A DNA stretch of 64,000 nucleotides from a virus. The position numbers were made by a program, and so were the translations under genes. The stretch is taken from the IMG/VR virus record IMGVR_UViG_3300032235_000467; one strand, given 5' to 3'. Shown here piece by piece: positions 37,267 through 45,900 of the stretch; positions within the stretch are counted from its first letter, which is position 1, and the number at the start of each line of letters is the position of its first letter. A model generated the notes under the pieces. That model ran no database searches. It saw nothing but the letters and a program-made list of their open reading frames with translations, and had not been told where the DNA came from.

Positions 37267-39960
37267 ATGAAACAAAGGTTATTATTTATAGCCCCGCACC
37301 TCTCTACTGGAGGCATGCCGCAATACCTCTATAAGCAAATTGTAGCTCTTTTAGAGGACTTTGACGTTTATTGTATAGAATGGGACAACGTAACAGGGGG
37401 AGTCCTTGTAGTACAGCGTAATAGAATCCTAGAGGCATTGGGAGATAGACTCATTACATTAGGAGAAGACAAGACAGAACTCCTAAACTATGTCAATAAT
37501 AAAATAAAGCCAGACATAGTGCATCTACAGGAGATACCTGAAATGTTTATGGGGTATGGAATAGCTGAAAAGTTATACGCAACTGATCGGAAATACCGAA
37601 TAGTTGAGACCTCTCACGACTCTAGCTACGATGTAACTAAAAAAAGTCACTTCCCTGACAAGTTCATGATGGTAAGTCAGTATCAGGTAGAGGCTTATAA
37701 GAGCTTAAATATACCATGTGAGCTCGTAGAATATCCTATAGAGGATAAAACCAGAACAAAAACTAGAGAAGAACTGATGTCTGAATTAGGATTAGATCCT
37801 AATAAAAAGCATGTCATAACAGTAGGTCTATTCACTCCTAGAAAGAATCAAGCAGAGGTAGTAGAGTACGCAAGAATGCTACAGGATCAACCTATACAAT
37901 TTCATTTTATAGGTAATCAAGCAGACAATTTTAAGTACTATTGGGAGCCTATAATGAAGGATTTCCCATCTAATTGCACATGGTGGGGAGAGAGAAGTGA
38001 CGTAGATACCTTCTATCAAATGGCTGATCTATTTCTGTTTACGTCTAGAGGATTTGCTACAGATAAGGAGACAATGCCGCTAGTAATTAGGGAGGCTATT
38101 AGTTGGAAAGTACCGTCTTTAATATACAACCTTGATGTATATTTACACTACTTTAACAAATATGGCAATATTGGATACCTAAACACCAGTGATAAAATTG
38201 ACAATATATTAAAAATATTAAATAAGTTAGAATTAGATAAGTTAGAAGTAAAAGAAAATAATATGTTTTATACTTTAGAAGGAGAAAAAGATCTAGCTTC
38301 ATACGAATATCCAAACAGTATGTACGAATCTATGATTAAATATGGAGATGCCGCTGGAATTTATTGGGCTACATATTTGTATCATGAGTTGTGTAGATTT
38401 GATGTATGTGTTGAGGAGGGAGATGTATTTGTAGACTTGGGAACAAATATAGGAATATCATCAAAATACGCATTGTTACATGGTGCAAAAGAAGTACATT
38501 GTTTTGAACCAGACCCTGTACTTATAGAACTTATTAAGAAAAATGTCCCATCCAGCGAAATATATCAATATGCTATCGATAGTAAAAGCGAGGAGTTTGA
38601 ATTATATCATTGGCCTTATAATCCAGTAAACGAGGGGCCTAAATATAAATGTAAAAGTGTCACATTAAGAGAGGTATTAAGCCTAGTTAATAAACCAATA
38701 GACTATTTAAAAATAGATATTGAAGGGTTTGAACATAATATCTTTGACGACTTAACATATGAAGAATGTTCCAAATTTAAAAAACTGTTTGTTGAACATC
38801 ATATGCCGGAAAAAACCAATGATTTTTGTGAAGTTTTAAAGAGCAAAGGGTATAACCTTAGTGTTGAGTATGGAAATGGGCAAAATTATATATATGCTAA
38901 ACATGAGAATCCATATTATACAGACAAAAAACAAAATAAAGATCAAATACTGAAAAAAATAACTATGGATAATAAACAGCCTTCTTATAACTTTTGGAGT
39001 AAATGGGATAAGGACGAACAGCAAATGCATTTTGGGGCATATGAAAATGTTAATGAACCCTTAATAGTATCTTTAAGAGAGTATATGTCTGATGGGGTTT
39101 TATGGTCCTCTGATTATGCTTATATGCCAAAAGACGTGGCTTTTTGGATGATTCCTATTAATAAAGGATTATTTGATTACGAAAAAGATATTAATTATGC
39201 AGGAATAAAGATTTGTATATATAAAAAGAAAGACGGAAAAAAAGTATACGAGCAACCGTATTTCAGCAAATTTGTAGATGTACCCAGAGTTACCTTAAGT
39301 AACAGTATTCCATATTATTTAAACTATACTGAATTCTTTATACATGATAAATACGCTAGGTATTTTCGTAAAAAATATCACAATGTAGTTGATGTAGGAG
39401 CTAACGTAGGAGTATTCACAGAGTATTTGATACAAAATGAACATACAGAAAAAGTAATAGCAGTTGAGTGTGATTCAAAAGCTTTATACGATCTAACTAG
39501 AAATTTTAAAAGAGAGTATAGGGTAGAAATAGAGCCAAAAGCTTTGTATCACGAAAATACAAAAATAACATTCTACCATTCAGAAGAAAACCCTGTAATT
39601 AGTAGTACTATAGCTCCTGATAAGTTAGTTAATCATATGGCTGGAGTTAAAGGACAAGATGTTGTAGAAGTAGAAACAATCACTATTAGAGACCTTGTAA
39701 ACAAGTTAGGGTATATTGATTTGTTAAAAATAGACATAGAAGGAGGAGAGTACGAAGTAATAGAAAACCTGGATCCTAATTTGTTTAATCATATCAATAA
39801 TTTTCTAATAGAATGTCATTTCTTTGAATCTGATTATAAAGTAAAGTACGATAATCTTATAGATAAATTAAGAAATGGAGGATATATAGTAGAGGAGTTT
39901 TTGAAAGATCAATCTAGTAATTCAGGAACTAGCGAAGTAATATTTGCATCAAAAATTTAA
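37267..39960 (+). CDS. GT4-family glycosyltransferase fused to two FkbM-like methyltransferase domains
   Basis: PHLSTGGMPQY, VGLFTPRKNQ, ADLFLFTS...ETMPLVIREA (GT-B ExxxxxxxE); SAM motifs VDLGTNIG and VDVGANVG, each followed by LKIDIEG. Confidence 0.88.
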   Translation: MKQRLLFIAPHLSTGGMPQYLYKQIVALLEDFDVYCIEWDNVTGGVLVVQRNRILEALGDRLITLGEDKTELLNYVNNKIKPDIVHLQEIPEMFMGYGIAEKLYATDRKYRIVETSHDSSYDVTKKSHFPDKFMMVSQYQVEAYKSLNIPCELVEYPIEDKTRTKTREELMSELGLDPNKKHVITVGLFTPRKNQAEVVEYARMLQDQPIQFHFIGNQADNFKYYWEPIMKDFPSNCTWWGERSDVDTFYQMADLFLFTSRGFATDKETMPLVIREAISWKVPSLIYNLDVYLHYFNKYGNIGYLNTSDKIDNILKILNKLELDKLEVKENNMFYTLEGEKDLASYEYPNSMYESMIKYGDAAGIYWATYLYHELCRFDVCVEEGDVFVDLGTNIGISSKYALLHGAKEVHCFEPDPVLIELIKKNVPSSEIYQYAIDSKSEEFELYHWPYNPVNEGPKYKCKSVTLREVLSLVNKPIDYLKIDIEGFEHNIFDDLTYEECSKFKKLFVEHHMPEKTNDFCEVLKSKGYNLSVEYGNGQNYIYAKHENPYYTDKKQNKDQILKKITMDNKQPSYNFWSKWDKDEQQMHFGAYENVNEPLIVSLREYMSDGVLWSSDYAYMPKDVAFWMIPINKGLFDYEKDINYAGIKICIYKKKDGKKVYEQPYFSKFVDVPRVTLSNSIPYYLNYTEFFIHDKYARYFRKKYHNVVDVGANVGVFTEYLIQNEHTEKVIAVECDSKALYDLTRNFKREYRVEIEPKALYHENTKITFYHSEENPVISSTIAPDKLVNHMAGVKGQDVVEVETITIRDLVNKLGYIDLLKIDIEGGEYEVIENLDPNLFNHINNFLIECHFFESDYKVKYDNLIDKLRNGGYIVEEFLKDQSSNSGTSEVIFASKI

Positions 39961-39962
39961 TT

Positions 39963-40790
39963 ATGGTTTTATTTTTATATAGTGACATAAATTGTGAACA
40001 TCAAGCTGTATCATGTATCAAATCATTGTCCAGTAAGATAACAGATGACGTTAAAATAGTTTATTATACTGTAGGATTTGAAAGTTCGTTTGAATTTAAA
40101 AATCTATATAAAATAAAAATAGATTATAAACCCCAATATCCAACTTTTCACTATTACAAAGCGGAGCTGTCCTTATTAACAATGAGGATGTTTCCTAACG
40201 AGTATTATATGTTTTCAGATACGGACATATTATATTCTAGAAGATTTTCTTTTGATAAGATTAAGAGTAATCTATCATACCCTCTAGCTAGTTTTGGGCC
40301 ACATGAATATCCGTATTTATGGGAAAAAAGGGGAGATGTTACTACTATATTTGATGAATCAAAACTAATGGAGTATTTTAATGTTAAAGAAAGATCTCAA
40401 AGATATGTGTGGTCATGTATATATTCTTTCAGTGAACAGACAACAGAGTTTTTTGAAGAGTATACGTCTATGTGCAATAATAGGTATTTGTTAGATAGAA
40501 GACGAGATTATTATCCTATGCACGATGAAACTTCTTTTAACGTTTGTCTTTGGAAAAGAGGAGCAAATAAAAACTTAGGATTTGCATTTTTAAATACTCA
40601 TATATTTGAGTCAGTAAAAAAAACTGAGGAAAATTATATAAAAGATCAAAGGTTAGGTGTTAATGTAGACGATCATGGAAACGATTGGGAGTATATTCAT
40701 GATTCTAAAAATATTATAGGATATCATGGATTTAAAGAAAAAGACTCTATGGAAAAAACATTAAACTACTTACTAAATGAAAATAGTTAA
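39963..40790 (+). CDS. Putative GT-A-fold glycosyltransferase
   Basis: YMFSDTDILY (DxD), HDETSFNVCLW and a C-terminal YHG.K pattern; lies between two GT genes. Confidence 0.6.
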   Translation: MVLFLYSDINCEHQAVSCIKSLSSKITDDVKIVYYTVGFESSFEFKNLYKIKIDYKPQYPTFHYYKAELSLLTMRMFPNEYYMFSDTDILYSRRFSFDKIKSNLSYPLASFGPHEYPYLWEKRGDVTTIFDESKLMEYFNVKERSQRYVWSCIYSFSEQTTEFFEEYTSMCNNRYLLDRRRDYYPMHDETSFNVCLWKRGANKNLGFAFLNTHIFESVKKTEENYIKDQRLGVNVDDHGNDWEYIHDSKNIIGYHGFKEKDSMEKTLNYLLNENS

Positions 40791-42858
40791 TGTAACCCCA
40801 GGTCTGATCCCAATTCCTCCTAACGGTTGGGGAGCTGTAGAGAAGATTATATGGGAAACCCACAAAGCACTGTTAAAACTAGGGCATGATGCTACAATAG
40901 AGTACTTAGATGATGTAAAAGACTATGATGTAGTCCATATTCATGTAGCTAACCTTGCAAATATCGCACATGAAAGAGGCATTCCTTACTATTTTACTAT
41001 GCATGACCACCATGCGTATCTATATGGAAAAGACTCAGAAGTTTTCAAAGAAAACATGCTTGCGATCAAAAATGCCAAAAAAGCATTCGTCCCAGCAAAA
41101 TTCTTGGTCGGTTATTTTGGAAACATACCGGAATATTTCTCACATGGAGTTAACACAGACTACTTCAAACCTAGTAAATCTAGTCCTCATAAGCTACTTT
41201 GTGTCGCTAATAATGGGTTTATACACAATCAGTCTGAAGATAGAAAGGGTTTTGGTTTAGCTATAGAGGCCGCAAAGAATTTAAACCTTCCTATAACAAT
41301 AGCAGGGCCTAGCAATAACAAAAAATATTTTGAGAAGTACCCACCAGACTACGATAAGCTAACTATACTGTATGATTTGACTGAAGATGAATTGAAAAAT
41401 CTTTATAAAGATCATACTTGTTTTATTCATATGTCTATTCTAGAAGCTGGACACCCTAATTTAACCTTATTAGAGGCTATGGCTTCAGGATTACCAATTA
41501 TTGGTACATATGAAGAGGATAATTCATTAGAAGGTATGATTAAAGTAGAAAGAAATGTGGAACAGATGATAAAAGCTATAGTAGAAGTACTATGGGATCC
41601 TTTTACATACGGTATATATTCTGAAAAAGCAAGACAACAAGCCCTAGATTTATCTTGGGACAACAGAACAAAAGAACTATTAAAACATTACAAAATGACT
41701 CTTAGAGATCAAATGGTAAACAGTTATAGAAATACTAATATTTTAAATATAAAATCTAAATCACATGCTCCTACCTTCAATATGAATTTTATAGAAGGTG
41801 CTTTTTTTGAAATATTAGGAGGTCCCGATAGGGAATATACTGTTCAGTTTATAAACAAAAAAACTGGAGAAATAGCACATAAATCTGATATAAAAAAGGA
41901 TCATTGGGTAAAAGCATCCATTTCATATTTTGTAGATTGGGACATATTTGTAGATGATGGTCTGAGTTCTTATGATTTCAAGCCTGATTATACAGGTAAA
42001 AGAGTGTATGTGGCTTTAGATTCAAAAGCCCTTGGGGATACCCTAGCTTGGTTTCCATATGTAGAAGAATTTAGAAAGAAGCACAATTGCAAGATGGTAT
42101 GTTCTACCTTTTGGAATCACTTCTTTGAATCAGAGTACCCAGAAATTGAGTTTGTAAAACCTGGGGAAGTGGTACATAATCTATATGCTATGTACACTTT
42201 AGGGTGGTTCTACAATGCAGATGGGTCTTTTAATATTTTAAAGACACCGGGAGATTTTAGGGATCAGTCTCTTCAAAAGACAGCTTCAGATATACTAGGG
42301 TTGGAATTTGAGGAGATTAGACCAAAGATTAAAAAGCCTGTTGCTGGTCTAAAAGAAAAGAAAGTAACGATTGCAATGCATTCTACAGCACAATGCAAGT
42401 ATTGGAACAATAAAACTGGATGGCAAGAATTGGTTGACAATCTGTTATTAAATGGATATGAAGTAGTAATGGTATCAAAAGAAGAGGATGGATATATGGG
42501 AAATAAATACCCCAAAGGAGTTACACTATTGATGGATACCAGTCTAGAGTCAGTAATGTTTGAAATGCTAACCTCTCAAATGTTTATTGGTATAAGCAGC
42601 GGACTAAGCTGGCTAGCCTGGTCTTTAGGAGTAAATACCTGCTTAATATCCGGAATAACCAAGCCTGAGTCTGATTTTACCCCAACCGTGAGGATTTCAC
42701 CTAAAGAATCGGTATGTAGGTTCTGTTTCAATAAAGAGAAGCTAGATGCAGGGGATTGGAACTGGTGTCCTAAGCATAAAGGAACAGATAGACAGTTTGA
42801 GTGTACAAAGACTATAACTGCACAGGATGTAATAGCAGAAATATATAAAATGCTGTAA
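40777..42858 (+). CDS. GT4 glycosyltransferase fused to a TibC/Aah-like autotransporter O-heptosyltransferase domain
   Basis: N-half: PIPPNGWGAVEKII, EAGHPNLTLLEAMASGLPII. C-half: ALGDTLAWFPY, STAQCKYWNN..GW, FIGISSGLSWLAW, ISG and CRFC...WCPKHKGTDRQFEC. Confidence 0.85.
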   Translation: MKIVNVTPGLIPIPPNGWGAVEKIIWETHKALLKLGHDATIEYLDDVKDYDVVHIHVANLANIAHERGIPYYFTMHDHHAYLYGKDSEVFKENMLAIKNAKKAFVPAKFLVGYFGNIPEYFSHGVNTDYFKPSKSSPHKLLCVANNGFIHNQSEDRKGFGLAIEAAKNLNLPITIAGPSNNKKYFEKYPPDYDKLTILYDLTEDELKNLYKDHTCFIHMSILEAGHPNLTLLEAMASGLPIIGTYEEDNSLEGMIKVERNVEQMIKAIVEVLWDPFTYGIYSEKARQQALDLSWDNRTKELLKHYKMTLRDQMVNSYRNTNILNIKSKSHAPTFNMNFIEGAFFEILGGPDREYTVQFINKKTGEIAHKSDIKKDHWVKASISYFVDWDIFVDDGLSSYDFKPDYTGKRVYVALDSKALGDTLAWFPYVEEFRKKHNCKMVCSTFWNHFFESEYPEIEFVKPGEVVHNLYAMYTLGWFYNADGSFNILKTPGDFRDQSLQKTASDILGLEFEEIRPKIKKPVAGLKEKKVTIAMHSTAQCKYWNNKTGWQELVDNLLLNGYEVVMVSKEEDGYMGNKYPKGVTLLMDTSLESVMFEMLTSQMFIGISSGLSWLAWSLGVNTCLISGITKPESDFTPTVRISPKESVCRFCFNKEKLDAGDWNWCPKHKGTDRQFECTKTITAQDVIAEIYKML

Positions 42859-42882
42859 GATATAGAGTTTTCAGTCATATTT

Positions 42883-42944
42883 ATATACGCCTATATAGGC
42901 CAGCGAAAGCTGCGTGTAAATACACTTAGAGACTCATACATATG
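42883..42944 (+). promoter_or_regulatory. Structured 5' leader of the 1879-aa fibre gene
   Basis: Consecutive hairpins GCC-TATATA-GGC, CAGC-GAAA-GCTG, GTG-TAAATA-CAC and CA-TACATA-TG; the last includes the start codon. Confidence 0.55.
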
Positions 42945-45900
42945 GCCCAAATACTCAAACTCCGCAGGAGCGCTATATCTGGCGCTAAACCAACTATATC
43001 CCAGATAGAATTTGGTGAAGTAGCAATGAACACAGCTGATGGAAAGCTGTTCATGAAAGTTAGCGGTAGCGGAGGAGACAGCGTAATAGAGATTGGTGCC
43101 AATTCAGGAAATGTATCAGGGTCATTATATTACGTACCGGTATTTACAGGAGTCAATTCAGTAGGCACAAGCTCAATATACCAATCAGGGTCCTTTACCT
43201 CTATAAGGAAAACCACAGTTCCTGTAAATCCAACAAATCCAGATATACTATTTGTAAACGGAGAAGGAGTCAACACTTACAATCTTATATCTGCACACAG
43301 TAATTTAAATAGCTATGTGCAGGTAAACGTACAAAACTACAGTTCAGGGGCTTTTGCCTCTTCAGATATAGTAGCTACCGCAAACGATGGTACTGAAACT
43401 ACCAAGTACATTAACATGGGTATTAATAGTAGTCAGTACACTTCTCCAGATTTTATTGGATCTGCAGGGGATGCGTATTTGTACTCTACTGGTAATGACT
43501 TATATATAGGAAATGCTATTCCCAATAAAAGAGTAATAATATTTAATGGAGGCTTTGATGCTTTTGTACATTCTAAGGTTTTCATACACGAACAAGGTAC
43601 TATAGGCATTAATACCGATACTATTGATTATGACTACCCATCTTCTTTAAGAGTATTTGCAGCAAATACTAGTTCTTTTAACTTAATATACGCACAAGCA
43701 AATGTAAATAACTACTCCCAAATTAATATAAAAAATATAAGCAGTGGGGAGGAAGCATCTTCTGATATAGTAGCTACTGCAGATGATGGAGATGAGGAAC
43801 AGGGGTATATAAATATGGGAATAAACTCTTCCCAGTTTCAAAAGCCCAATACTATAGGAAATCCTAGAGATGGGTATCTATATTCAACAGGTAATGATCT
43901 TTGTATAGGAAATGCTGTTCCAAATAAACAAGTTATTATTTTTAACGGAGGGTTTGATGTAGTCGAAAATGCAAGACTGTGGGTACATAGTCAGGGAACA
44001 GTAAGTATAAACACAGATCAGTATAATGTTAATAATCCGCCATCTTTAGTTGTATATGCTCCAAATACAACAACTAATACATTAATTGAAGGAGTTGGTC
44101 AATCTAATCAATTTTTACAATTAGCAATAGCTAATCAAAGTAGTGGTTCATTTGCCTCATCTGATATAGTTGCCTATAATGATATAGATCCCACAAATCA
44201 AGGAGTTGGATTCATTGATATGGGTATTAGCTCAACTACTTTTAATGATCCCACAAACTATCCAGGATGGGAACCTGGAGAATCATATGTTTATACGGAT
44301 GCTGCTGGAATGACGATAGGAACCACAGCAGATAGTAGTGAAATACACATATTTGCTGGGGGTATTAATCCTGTTGAAAATACTAAATTATTAATAAGAT
44401 CAAATAATCAACACGAATTAACTGGTTCTTTAAATATAAGTGGATCGCTAGTTGTTAATAATGGAATTACAGGCTCCTTATTTGGTACAGCTAGTTGGGC
44501 ATTAAATGCTATAACTGCTTCATATATAACTGCTTCTAATGTTTATGGTCCATATGGCCAAAACAGTGTAATAAGCGCATCACATGCTGTTACAGCATCA
44601 TCAGCGGATGATTTCCTTGTTAGAGGGACCTTAACCGCACAGACTATAATAGTACAAACTATAACATCATCTGTAGAGTTTGTAACGGGATCTACTCATT
44701 TTGGAACTATTATCCAAAATACACATGAATTTACTGGATCCTTATCAATATCTGGATCCTTAGTAATTAACGGCACTTCTTATACAGCAGCCACTTCTGG
44801 AACTAGCGGAACTTCTGGAACAAGCGGATCCTCAGGCACTTCTGGAACCTCTGGATCCTCTGGGTCTACAGGTACTTCCGGATCTTCAGGTAGTACTGGA
44901 ACAAGCGGTAGTGCTGGTACTAGTGGTTCATCTGGCTCATCCGGTTCCTCAGGAACTTCAGGTACTAGCGGTACATCAGGAAGTAGTGGGTCCACCGGTA
45001 CATCAGGAAGTTCAGGATCATCTGGAAGTACTGGCAGCAGTGGAACTAGTGGCACATCCGGCAGCTCAGGCTCTACTGGTACAAGTGGCACATCTGGTTC
45101 ATCTGGAAGTTCTGGATCAACAGGATCCTCCGGTACATCAGGAACATCAGGCAGCTCAGGATCCTCCGGATTTTCTGGCAGTAGTGGATCTAGTGGTTCT
45201 TCGGGATCTACTGGAACTAGTGGTACTTCAGGTACATCAGGAACCTCTGGATCTAGCGGTAGTACTGGTACAAGTGGAACTTCTGGTAGCAGTGGAACAA
45301 GTGGTACATCTGGCTCATCAGGATCCTCTGGTTCTTCAGGGTTATCTGGAACTAGTGGCTCTTCAGGAACATCTGGCTCTTCTGGATCTACAGGAACTTC
45401 AGGTACTTCTGGAAGTAGTGGATCATCTGGTTCTACAGGAAGTTCAGGTACATCAGGAAGCTCAGGTACAAGCGGATCTACAGGTACAAGCGGAACATCT
45501 GGCTCAACAGGTACAAGCGGATCTTCCGGATCATCAGGCTCTTCTGGCACTAGCGGAACTTCCGGTTCTAGCGGCTCATCCGGGTCTTCAGGAAGTACTG
45601 GTTCATCTGGTTCTAGCGGCTCTTCAGGGTCTAGCGGTTCAACGGGCACAAGTGGAACAAGTGGCACATCAGGATCTTCCGGATCATCAGGCTCTTCTGG
45701 CACAGCTGGGTCATCTGGTACAGGATTTACAACTATAAACAGCCCTGCTGTAGGAAGAGTTTTGTTATCAGACGGTAGTGTAAACGCCGCTACTGCATCT
45801 TCTGCTATAGTATATAATGGAGGAGGACTTAGCATATCAGGAAGCACAACTATTACAGGGTCTTTAACAGTATCAAATACAATAACTGCACAGACTTTAA

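Noticed and set aside
37267-42858. DNA-modifying glucosyltransferases as in T4
   Set aside because: There is no hydroxymethylase or nucleotide-metabolism context, the genes are embedded in the fibre module, and the TibC-like motifs point to protein acceptors. Not strictly excluded.
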